In this document: piece after piece, positions 7,862 to 17,000 of the stretch
How the letters are laid out: each line of letters begins with the position of its first letter
How positions within the stretch are numbered: position 1 is the first letter of the stretch
Virus record (IMG/VR): IMGVR_UViG_3300030376_004140
Coordinates: 1 to 34,749 of that record
DNA: 34,749 nt
Source: a virus
Lineage: Duplodnaviria > Caudoviricetes
Strand: one strand, 5' to 3'
The notes under the pieces: generated by a model
Told to the model about the DNA's origin: nothing
Databases searched by the model: none
Seen by the model: only the letters and a program-made list of their open reading frames with translations
Made by a program: the position numbers and the translations under genes

Positions 7862-9714
7862 ACTCTGATATACGTATGGTAGAAGTTGCCACAGGACATG
7901 TTTCTAATAGACATCAGGCGATAATGTTAAATGACTTATCGTCTTATGTCTTTCCTAAAGAACAAAGAACAGAAACATATCATAGTTGGTATTCTTTTGA
8001 TGAACAACTAGACCAGCATATTAAAGCTACTGGTTCAATACAAGGATATAATGGTGTTTATTATATCAATAAAATCATATTAGACTATGACAAGAAAGAC
8101 TTAGATGATGATTCTTTATTAAATGCGGTAAAGTTTCTTGTTAATACTGAAATGATAAATGATTTAAGTATTGATTCTGAGCATATATTAATTTGGTATA
8201 GTGGAACAGGGTTTCATATTGAAATGCCTGATATTTTCGGATTTACTCCTTCTACTACCTTACCTTCTACTGTTAAAGAAACATTATCTTCTTTATTTCC
8301 AGACTGTGATGTTATTTATGATGGCGCTCGGTTAATACGAGCAAATTATTCATACAATCAGAAAAAGGGAAACTTTAAAATACCATTATCTGTGAAACTA
8401 TTGAATGAAACCAATATGGAACAGGTTAAAAGTTTCTCTAGGGACTGTATGTCTATTTATTTTGATGATAACATATATGAACAATGGTCTGATGTAGAAC
8501 CTTATTTAGGAGAATATATTAAATATCCTTCTTTTGATAGCAAACAATCATCAACTGTTAGGACTGAATTTAAAATTGACCCTAATAGTGTTGTTACTTG
8601 TATGCAAAGTGTATTGGGTTCTGCTCCTCCTGCTGGAGAGAGAAATGAAACTATGATGCGTATTGCGTCTTGGATGAGGCGTAATGGAATGCCTGAAAAG
8701 ATTGTAGAACATACATTGTCTGAATGGTCAGGATTACCTGCTGAAGCAAAAAGATGTTCTAGCAGAGTCTTTGATGAAAAATATGAATATAGTTGTAGTG
8801 ATTACATTATGTCAAAACATTGTAAGCCAAACTGTATTCATTTTAAACACAAAGATTACAATTTAAATATATTAAATCCAGCAGACATGGAAGAAAAGTT
8901 TGAAGAGTTTATGTCTAAAGACTTTACCAACATGGCTTTTAATTTTGCTGATATATATGATATTGATTGTGATTTTTGGGTATACCCTGGTGAACTGGTG
9001 ATAGTTACTGGTAATACTGGTTTGGGTAAATCTACTTGGGTTATGAATCTGGTTGCTAACCTAAAGAATATGGAATGCTTATTCTTATCTTTAGAGAACA
9101 GTTTCCACTTAACATATCGTAGATTTGTTCAAATGACTGCTAGGATGACTAAGAAAGAAGTCCTAGAGGCTTATCAAAAGCCTAGTCAACCTGAATTAAA
9201 CTTAGATAACGTGCCTAAGCCTGAATATTATAAGGCCTTTAAACATATAAATATCTTATGTGAGTCTCCTGAATTAAAGAAACTTCAAGAGACAATTGCT
9301 AGGATACAGCCAAAGATAGTAGTTGTTGATACTACTGATATGGTGTGGGTTAAAGGTTCTAGTCAAGATGAATTAAGCAAAATGAATGATATTATTAATG
9401 GATTAAAGTCGACAGCTCAAAACCAAGAATGTATCATTATTGCTGTTCATCATATTAATAAACAGGCTATGCACGAAGGTATTACAAAGATAACAAGTTT
9501 AAAAGGTAGTACTAACGTAGTTCAGAAAGCAGATAAGGTCTTAGCTATTAATGGAGATAATAACGATAACCTTCGTTCTCTTCATTCTGAAAAAGCTAGA
9601 GACGATGGACATATTAAGATAATGTTTGATTTCAATAAACGATATATGACATTTGAAGAAAAAGATACTGATGGATTTATAATTGAAGGAAATGAAATTG
9701 ATACAAATAAATAA
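7858..9714 (+). CDS. AEP primase-polymerase fused to DnaB-like SF4 helicase
   Basis: LDYD and YSGTGFH AEP motifs; GERN PriCT-like region; Cys cluster; Walker A GNTGLGKS, FLSLE, Walker B IVVVD, LKGS..VVQKAD. Confidence 0.9.
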   Translation: MNSDIRMVEVATGHVSNRHQAIMLNDLSSYVFPKEQRTETYHSWYSFDEQLDQHIKATGSIQGYNGVYYINKIILDYDKKDLDDDSLLNAVKFLVNTEMINDLSIDSEHILIWYSGTGFHIEMPDIFGFTPSTTLPSTVKETLSSLFPDCDVIYDGARLIRANYSYNQKKGNFKIPLSVKLLNETNMEQVKSFSRDCMSIYFDDNIYEQWSDVEPYLGEYIKYPSFDSKQSSTVRTEFKIDPNSVVTCMQSVLGSAPPAGERNETMMRIASWMRRNGMPEKIVEHTLSEWSGLPAEAKRCSSRVFDEKYEYSCSDYIMSKHCKPNCIHFKHKDYNLNILNPADMEEKFEEFMSKDFTNMAFNFADIYDIDCDFWVYPGELVIVTGNTGLGKSTWVMNLVANLKNMECLFLSLENSFHLTYRRFVQMTARMTKKEVLEAYQKPSQPELNLDNVPKPEYYKAFKHINILCESPELKKLQETIARIQPKIVVVDTTDMVWVKGSSQDELSKMNDIINGLKSTAQNQECIIIAVHHINKQAMHEGITKITSLKGSTNVVQKADKVLAINGDNNDNLRSLHSEKARDDGHIKIMFDFNKRYMTFEEKDTDGFIIEGNEIDTNK

Positions 9715-9874
9715 ATCAATAAATGATGAAACACGTTCAGTAAGGATTACCTTATTATGGTTATTACACCTTGATATTGGAATGCATTATTTGAACGGAT
9801 ACCATTTAAATACTGGTGTTGGTCTGGGGCCTTGTGAGGTTTCCATGTCGTTACATACTTGGGATAAATGGTAA
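9692..9874 (+). CDS. Hypothetical protein
   Basis: ORF 9683..9874; AAGGA directly before ATG 9692; start uncertain. Confidence 0.6.
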   Translation: MKLIQINKSINDETRSVRITLLWLLHLDIGMHYLNGYHLNTGVGLGPCEVSMSLHTWDKW

Positions 9875-9884
9875 TAATAAACTG

Positions 9885-9906
9885 GGGGGAGTCTTTTGGC
9901 TCCCCC
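9885..9906 (+). promoter_or_regulatory. GC-rich intergenic hairpin (pause, processing or stabiliser)
   Basis: GGGGGAGTC-TTTT-GGCTCCCCC without a downstream T run. Confidence 0.5.
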
Positions 9907-9922
9907 TGTAGATTGGAGAATA

Positions 9923-10138
9923 ATGAGTAAAAAGATATTTGCAAACATTGCAACAGACAGATATAAAAAGCTTATTGAGACTTTATCTGACTTAGAAACA
10001 TGCGATAGACAAAGAATGTCTCAAAGTGGAAAAACAATGATGGATAAAGTTTGGGAATTGTTAGGTCAGCCTACATTTGATGAGGTACAAGCTATGGGAG
10101 AAGCCCAGATGAAAGAACAAGATGGCAAGTCCCAGTAA
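9923..10138 (+). CDS. Hypothetical protein
   Basis: ORF 9896..10138; GGAG SD before ATG 9923. Confidence 0.75.
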   Translation: MSKKIFANIATDRYKKLIETLSDLETCDRQRMSQSGKTMMDKVWELLGQPTFDEVQAMGEAQMKEQDGKSQ

Positions 10139-10424
10139 GCAAAAAGGCAATGCCTTTGAACGTGAACTTGTAAATCTTGCTAAAGATTATGGTTTAAAAG
10201 CTGTTCGTGCATGGGGTTCTAATGGTCAAGCATTAGGACTCCATGAAGAAGTAGACTGCACCATAGAAGAATATAAAGTTCAAGCTAAACGAAGAAAAAA
10301 GATTGCCTCATTTTTAAAATGTGAGCATACAGATATAGTAGCATTCAGAGAAGACCGTGGAGATACTTATGCTCTTATGGATATGAATGTTTTCTTAACT
10401 CTATTAAAGAAACTGAAAGGGTAA
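10122..10424 (+). CDS. Holliday junction resolvase, Hjc-like PD-(D/E)XK nuclease
   Basis: KGNAFERELV...EVD...VQAK motifs. Confidence 0.8.
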   Translation: MASPSKQKGNAFERELVNLAKDYGLKAVRAWGSNGQALGLHEEVDCTIEEYKVQAKRRKKIASFLKCEHTDIVAFREDRGDTYALMDMNVFLTLLKKLKG

Positions 10425-10426
10425 AT

Positions 10427-10699
10427 ATGTTGGAAATTAAAACAGAAACTGAAACAATAACTAAACACAAGGTTGGTGTATGGTTAACTATGGAAGAAAT
10501 AGACAGGTGTGTTATAGTATTAGCTGAACATCCTCATGTTACAGAAGGTGATAGAATACTCGCTGAAGAGTTATCTGCTATACTGCATACAGCTAGAAAA
10601 AGAACTAAAGAATTAGACAAGATTGAATCAAAAACTTTAACTGAAGATAGAGTTATTGAAGCTCAGTCTGGTACTTGTACTACAGGAAACTGTGACTAA
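10427..10699 (+). CDS. Hypothetical protein
   Basis: 90-aa ORF within the operon. Confidence 0.7.
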   Translation: MLEIKTETETITKHKVGVWLTMEEIDRCVIVLAEHPHVTEGDRILAEELSAILHTARKRTKELDKIESKTLTEDRVIEAQSGTCTTGNCD

Positions 10700-10703
10700 A
10701 GAA

Positions 10704-10914
10704 TTTGAGGCTCTTATTATTTAAATAAATTAATAACATAAATAAGAAAGGATATTTGGTATGTTTCCAAATTGGTTTTTTCTTATACAATGTATTATTA
10801 ATCGAACTTAAGTGATAACAAATAACTAGATTGGCGTCTAGAGCCTCAAAATAATAAGTGTAAGGCAGAAACACTAAGAGAGATTACATCCCTTTCTCTC
10901 TGACCTTTCTGCCT
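10704..10914 (+). ncRNA. Two structured RNA elements (10704-10850; 10863-10914)
   Basis: TTTGAGGCTCT/AGAGCCTCAAA closing stem with nested helices; AGGCAGAAA/TTTCTGCCT stem with AGAGAGA/TCTCTCT inner stem. Confidence 0.5.
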
Positions 10915-10946
10915 GAGCTTTAAAATAAAAAAAGGAGAAAACACAT

Positions 10947-11150
10947 ATGTGGCATTACTTTACATCTATAATGGAAAATACAGTTCCATTTTTATTAGCC
11001 TGGGAAGCCTATGTTCTTTTCATGTTGCTATTCTTTTTAAGCATAGTAATTAGGTTAAATAGAATGGAAAATAAAATAGAGGCAATGTTAAGACATAATA
11101 ACATTACTGAATATGATGAAAAACCAAAAAGAAATGAAGTTATCTTATGA
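10947..11150 (+). CDS. Small membrane protein
   Basis: One hydrophobic helix; AAGGAG SD. Confidence 0.75.
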   Translation: MWHYFTSIMENTVPFLLAWEAYVLFMLLFFLSIVIRLNRMENKIEAMLRHNNITEYDEKPKRNEVIL

Positions 11151-11317
11151 TAATACTTGATGTACCAAACTGGATAATTTCATTTACATGGTTTTCATTT
11201 GGCTGTCTCATGCTATCTGTTGCAGGAGGAATAGCTTTAATAATTAGCGGTTCGATTACTGATTTACTTTTCGGTTTTCAACCTTTTAATTATCTAAGAA
11301 ATAAGTTTAATAAATAA
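11147..11317 (+). CDS. Small membrane protein (56 aa, MIILDVPNW...)
   Basis: Translated by hand; ATGA overlap; hydrophobic core with basic tail. Confidence 0.65.
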   Translation: MIILDVPNWIISFTWFSFGCLMLSVAGGIALIISGSITDLLFGFQPFNYLRNKFNK

Positions 11318-11320
11318 AAT

Positions 11321-11389
11321 TAAAGGGCTGTACATATAGTTAGGCATAATAGTCGCTTCACTCCATTAGAGCTTATGTATAGCCCTTTA
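11321..11389 (+). ncRNA. Long-stem structured RNA element
   Basis: 16-bp stem 11321-11336/11374-11389 with one G-U pair. Confidence 0.55.
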
Positions 11390-11406
11390 TAAAATAAGGA
11401 TATAAA

Positions 11407-11715
11407 ATGGACTCGTCAAAAGAAATGGCGAGTGGGCATTGGAAATACAAAGAAAAAACAAGGGCAAAAATAAGAGACTTGATACACTATCTAGGAGAAG
11501 ATTGGATTGATTATGGAACTATTGGAAATGATGTTATTATTGATAAATATAAAAACACAGCTACAAGTGCCTATCAACCTAATAAATGTCCAAAATGCCA
11601 TAGATATTGGCATGTAACATTAGATAATGAGAATCATTTTAAAGTAGAGGAATATTTAAGAAACAGTATATTTGGTAGTTTACCAGCATTAAAGAAAAAA
11701 TGTAAAAACTGCTAA
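11407..11715 (+). CDS. Zinc-finger-like protein
   Basis: CPKCHRYW...LP..KKKCKNC; AAGGA SD. Confidence 0.75.
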   Translation: MDSSKEMASGHWKYKEKTRAKIRDLIHYLGEDWIDYGTIGNDVIIDKYKNTATSAYQPNKCPKCHRYWHVTLDNENHFKVEEYLRNSIFGSLPALKKKCKNC

Positions 11716-12608
11716 ATATTAAAATCCTCAATATCTGACACAAGTAAAGGAGTATAATGTTGTTCTGTTACTTTTACGCTACTGTGTCCTAAAAGTTTAC
11801 TTACTTTAAAAATAGGCATACCACTTTTAATAAGGTTTAGACCGAAAGTTCTACGTAAGTCATGAAACCTTGCATCTTTTATTTCAAGTCTTCTGCTGTT
11901 TTTTTTAAAATTCTTTGTAATAAAACCAGCTTTATAATCCCATAATGTCTCTTGTTCCATTAATAAAGCCCTAGCTTGAGCATTTAGTTTTACAACCCTA
12001 TGTCCTGTCTTTCCTTTGACTTTTAATTGTGCTGGGTCTACCTGATGTGGCTTTAAAGAATGTATTTCTCCCCTTCTAGCTCCAGTATAATATGCAAAGC
12101 GAATAAAAGACTGAAAGTTATCATCTTGAAATTCATTCATAATAAGATTCATTTCTCTATGAGTAAAAACTCTTTGTCTACCTTGTTTTGGAAATATTGA
12201 CATTTTCTTTACATCAGTTATATAGTTTTTTTCTTCTGCCCAATTTAATAACGCATTAATTCTAATTTGATAACCTCTTGCTGTTTCCCTATTTTGTGGT
12301 ATTCTTCTTGTTTTTGAATACTTTCGTAAAACATACTCAGTTACCTTTTTTGTTTGCTCTGTCCATCTAACTAATACATCATTATCGTTTAAATATAACT
12401 CTGCTAATTGATTAAAACTTCTATATCTCTTTTTTTCTTTTGGAGCGTAATGTTCCATTAAAGCTTGATACTCTAATGTACTGTGTAGTTTATTAGCTAT
12501 AGCAATCTTTTTTGTATAAGTTGGTATTATAACTCGATTGCCACGAATCATTTTTCTATAATAGATGTTACCATTCTGGTCTTGGATTAAGTTTGATTTT
12601 AACGCCAT
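11712..12608 (-). CDS. int: Tyrosine integrase
   Basis: TGARRGE, K, HDLRR, LGHSS and HY catalytic set; adjacent att site; GAGGG SD favours ATG 12608 over the ORF-track start 12638. Confidence 0.95.
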   Translation of the reverse strand: MALKSNLIQDQNGNIYYRKMIRGNRVIIPTYTKKIAIANKLHSTLEYQALMEHYAPKEKKRYRSFNQLAELYLNDNDVLVRWTEQTKKVTEYVLRKYSKTRRIPQNRETARGYQIRINALLNWAEEKNYITDVKKMSIFPKQGRQRVFTHREMNLIMNEFQDDNFQSFIRFAYYTGARRGEIHSLKPHQVDPAQLKVKGKTGHRVVKLNAQARALLMEQETLWDYKAGFITKNFKKNSRRLEIKDARFHDLRRTFGLNLIKSGMPIFKVSKLLGHSSVKVTEQHYTPLLVSDIEDFNI

Positions 12609-12704
12609 TTTGCCCTCTTTTTGGTTATATATTGCCAATACATAATAGAAGGAATTAAATATAATGCTAATTTACTCTCGTGAAACTAGCTAAATGGCTG
12701 TTCT

Positions 12705-12754
12705 CGACCTCTACGATGTCACCGTAGCGCTCTAACCAACTGAGCTAATCGCCC
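12705..12754 (-). other. attP core: 5' 50 nt of tRNA-Val(GAC)
   Basis: Reverse complement GGGCGATTAGCTCAGTTGGTTAGAGCGCTACGGTGACATCGTAGAGGTCG gives acceptor 5' strand, D arm, anticodon arm (GAC) and variable loop; no T arm or 3' acceptor strand follows. Confidence 0.88.
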
Positions 12755-12766
12755 TTAGAGTAAATA

Positions 12767-12799
12767 TTGGCAGTATTTTGGCTATCATTTGGCTATCAC
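12767..12799. repeat. Three 11-bp tandem repeats, probable integrase arm-type sites
   Basis: TTGGCAGTATT-TTGGCTATCAT-TTGGCTATCAC next to the att core. Confidence 0.7.
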
Positions 12800-12872
12800 T
12801 TACTACACTTAATCATTATATATAATATCCATCTCGTATAATTTAATATATATAATGTGTAAAAAAGAATTA

Positions 12873-14063
12873 TTAATCTATTCTAATACTTGGGTCGAAT
12901 TGCTTTATTCTTTTTGCTGTGCCCTTAAACTGTAAATCTCTAACAAGAGCATTACCTAAAATTCTTTGAATTACAACTGGAAGATTATGTTTTATAGAAT
13001 TTCCATCAGATGTTAATTGTTCTTTAAAATTTCTGTTTAATCCAAAATCCCAATTATCATAATAATGAACCTTATGAATTCTTTTTTTAGAATCTTCAAC
13101 AGCTTTAGCATGAAAATAATCATCTAAATCTTTATATTTTTTTCTTTCTACTTTTGATGTGTTTGGTACATAATCTTTCCAAGTTGATTTTTTAGAATAA
13201 TATCCAAAAAGATTATGTTTATCTGTGCTTCCTAATAACCCAGAAGGTTTAATTGCTTGTGCTTGTGGACTAGAACCCCATGTCCGAACTTTTTGCATTG
13301 TGTCAAAAAAGTCTTTTGAGTTTTTATAATGATAATATTCTTTACCGCCCTCTGTATGTTTTCCAAATTTATCCCAAATTCTATCTAATGGAGCTTTATA
13401 ATTTTTTATTCTATCTTTCATTTCTTTAATTTCGGAAAATTCTTCATTGTAGTTTTTAAAATCATTAACAGTTTTTTTACTAGCTGTATATTTATTGTAA
13501 CCTACAGGGTCTAATATTCTATTATATTTTTCATTTGGCTTCCCTAATCCGAATTTTTTTCTCCAAGCAAATAATCTATCTTCAGCCCCAGGGTGAAGTT
13601 TGTATTGAGGCATATCATTGATAACAGCATCTTTAAATACTTTTGGATTTTTTAAAGTTCTTTTTATTGCTCCCCATTTATTATTATAATTAATAGGTTC
13701 TATAGAATTAGCAATAAGTTTTCCTATAGGTGTGCCATAAGTTTTATCTCCAAGTTTAATGCCACTAACTGCCATCTTAGCGCCTTTTAAATATGCGTAT
13801 GGATTAGCAAAATAAGATAAAAGACCTCCTGTATCCATTTCATTTGTTGGTATTTCTTTGTATTTACCACTTGGTAATGCTCCAAATAAAGCATCATCTA
13901 ATCCACCATAAAGACCTTTTAAAACTCCTAATGGGCCTGTGCTAGGGATAGCGTCTTTTACTTTATCTATAAAATTTGGTTTATATTCCTTTATACTGCC
14001 ATAATCAGGTTCACCATCAGGGAGTAATTCATAAGTTGTTTTTGTTTTATCTGGTTTAAACAT
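12873..14063 (-). CDS. Hypothetical protein, probably virion-internal
   Basis: 396 aa, last gene of the virion operon, overlaps the giant gene; Gly-rich N-terminus and basic C-terminal domain. Confidence 0.7.
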   Translation of the reverse strand: MFKPDKTKTTYELLPDGEPDYGSIKEYKPNFIDKVKDAIPSTGPLGVLKGLYGGLDDALFGALPSGKYKEIPTNEMDTGGLLSYFANPYAYLKGAKMAVSGIKLGDKTYGTPIGKLIANSIEPINYNNKWGAIKRTLKNPKVFKDAVINDMPQYKLHPGAEDRLFAWRKKFGLGKPNEKYNRILDPVGYNKYTASKKTVNDFKNYNEEFSEIKEMKDRIKNYKAPLDRIWDKFGKHTEGGKEYYHYKNSKDFFDTMQKVRTWGSSPQAQAIKPSGLLGSTDKHNLFGYYSKKSTWKDYVPNTSKVERKKYKDLDDYFHAKAVEDSKKRIHKVHYYDNWDFGLNRNFKEQLTSDGNSIKHNLPVVIQRILGNALVRDLQFKGTAKRIKQFDPSIRID

Positions 14064-17000
14064 TTTCTTCTTCTTTTTTAGATGCTCTGATTTTTCTTCC
14101 TAATTTATGTACTGGCATTCCAAACATGTATTCAGGAAACATTTCAGGAGTTTCCATTGTTTTAATTAAACTTTTTGCAAGTCTTCCTGCTGGGAATAAT
14201 GTATGTATATAATATCTTGAGTATTTTTCCCAGTCACCATTAATCATGGCAGTAATAACTGGTAAATAAAACCTGTGTATTGGTGCTGTAACTACTTGTA
14301 AAGGAGCCATGGCTGGATGTGGATAGCTACTAAAGAAAGCTCTTTCTCTTTCATCAGGGTCTCCGAATAATAAATCTGCTGATGACTGTAGCCAAGACAT
14401 AGGTGGCGGTAGAGTGCTGTCAAACAATGATGCAACAAAAATGTTTGCTAATGACGCCACCATTAAGTCTTGTGCCATAAATCTTTTTAATCTGTCAACA
14501 GATTGTTTATCTGTCATTCCATATCTTTTAGCTGTTTTATAAATATGTCTTCTAAATTTTACTGAATTCCAAGCGAATGGTTGAAATCGTGTTAACATTT
14601 TTCCTAAAGCAGAACGCCCTATCCCTGGTCTATTTACATTGTGATATATAAACTGTGTTGCTTCAACTCCTTTTAAAGCATGTCTAACTAAGTACGGATT
14701 ATCAAACTTTAAATTAGGTACAAGCTGTGAATAGACTTCTTTTGCATGTAGGTAATGAGCTAAAAACGCATCTGCTCTTAATTTTGCTTCTGATGTTCTC
14801 ATAAAATACCCACCAGATGCTACAATAGAATCCCATACCCTATGTTTTTTTGCTATTTCTTTCCATGTAGTATCATTCATTTCCTTGGTAAATAATTTTT
14901 TACCCATCTCATTTATAAAAGGTCTCATTCTAGTAATAGATAAACTTTTATCCATTGATGCTTCTGTTACATAAAAAGATTCCAATGCACCAACTTCACT
15001 TATCCATCTTCTTATAGTGTTTTTATCAGTGATTTTAGTACCATCTTTTAATTTAGCATCTTTAAATACATGAGTTAAAAGCCACTTTGTATCATTTGCT
15101 TTGTAAAAATTTCTTAACCCAGCATTTGTTATGGTATTTTGAGAACCACCAAATATATTTGCAAGTGCTGTTTTTGGATGAGCTAATAGAGAAAGCAATG
15201 ACATTTTTGCTTCAAAGTTTCCAACATTAGTTACAAATTGATGAATTTCTCTCTCTCTAGCTCTTTGAGATGTAGGTAATTCCCCAATTAATGGCAATTT
15301 AGGGTTTTCAATTGTCCCAAATCCTTTGAGTTTTCCAGTAAGCCTACCTAAACCTTGTGATTTTAAGTCCAGCCAATCGATAATAGATTGGTCTGAGATT
15401 GCAAATCTTAAATTCTTTACTCTTTTTGTTTTCTTAAAAGAATCATCTTTTTTCAGTCTTTCTTTAAAATTAAAAACAGTACCAGCTACTTCTTTATTAT
15501 CTTTATTGTCTTTTATATAAGCTGACATTCTAGCTCTTTGATAATTACTAAGACCAACATAATGCATTGGCATTATAGAGCCTTGTCCCATTTGTTCTTT
15601 TATAAAAAGTCTCATTTCGTTTGCCCAAGGTTCTAAAACTTCTTTAGGCATTGGATTTTCATTTTCATATTTTCTTATAGTTTTTCTAGCCATAAGTGCT
15701 AATGTGTTTTTAAAAAAAGAACTAGTCCATTGTTCTGCATATTTTTTCATAACTTCAGGTGAATAACTAAAATGAGGCATAGGTATTTGACCTCTAGCTC
15801 CTCCTGTTCCTGGTCTAGTTGAAAAATTACTATCTTGCCAATCTTTTTTAGAGTCTCTATATCTAGAATTGAGCCATTCTTGCGCCCATTCTCCTGTACC
15901 ATCTCCCTCTACTCTTCTTCCTGTCAATATCTGAAAATCTTGATTTTGAATAGTTAAGTATTTTTCTAATATTTCAGTTTTGCTCATTTTTTTATTTGGT
16001 ATTAATCCTAAATAAGCTTTTATTTCATAATCTGTAGGTCTATATCTCTTTTTTATGTCTTTAATTCCAGATAATTTGCCTTGACTAGATACTGAATTCA
16101 GATAATTTTCTAATTGTATTTTTAATTGAGCTGATTCTTCTTTTATCCATGGCATTAATTTTTCTTTATTATGTAGCATTTGAGGCCAATAACCATCTTT
16201 TATTTGACCAATTCCAACAAAGGCAGTTTCATTAAATATAAATTCACCTGTAGCCTTGTCTTTTTTATATGTTTTTCTATAATCGTTTCTAAAATTCTGA
16301 GCTTCTTTACTGTTAGGTTTTAGCTTATTGAATTGAATCATTTCTTCTAAAGCTATTTCATATTGAACTCTATTTAAAAGCTCAACACTTAATGGATTAT
16401 TTCTATTGCCAATTAAATGCCCAAAAGATATGTCCCCCTCAGATGCTTTCTTAATAACTTTGTTTTCAAAGTTTTCAATATCAAACCTTCCAAATTTGTC
16501 ATACTTAATTATATCATGTATAAACAAGCCTTTGTCTTTATACTCATGTAAATCATCAATTTTACTCCAATCTATTTTTTCCCATTTTCCATCTTTGTTA
16601 AATAACCCAGAACCAATCCATGATTCATACATATCTTCTTTAAAAAATTTATCTACTTGGTCTTGTATGTCTTTAATTAATTCTTCACCAGTTTTTTGTA
16701 CTGTTTTACCATCTCTAGTAACTCTAAATACTTCACCTGATATTTTATGTAAATCTTTTGCGCTTTTTAAATACTCTGATTGATAAAAGTCCATCTTAGT
16801 TTTAGAAATATCTCTTTTAATATTTTTATCTTTAATTGCTATCTCTAATAATTTTTGAAATTTTTCTATTCCATTAGGAAGTGCTTCTATTTCTCCTTTT
16901 ACACTTACAGATTTAAATAAATCTTCTTGTAATTGGTTTTTAATAGCATCTTCAAATCTTCTTATGCTGTTAGATGAGCGCTGTAAGTAAGACATAGCTG

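Noticed and set aside
12680-12754. Complete tRNA-Val gene
   Set aside because: No T arm (GTTC) or 3' acceptor strand after the variable loop
12705-12754. Prophage-host junction (attL/attR)
   Set aside because: Both flanks are complementary phage modules, consistent with attP
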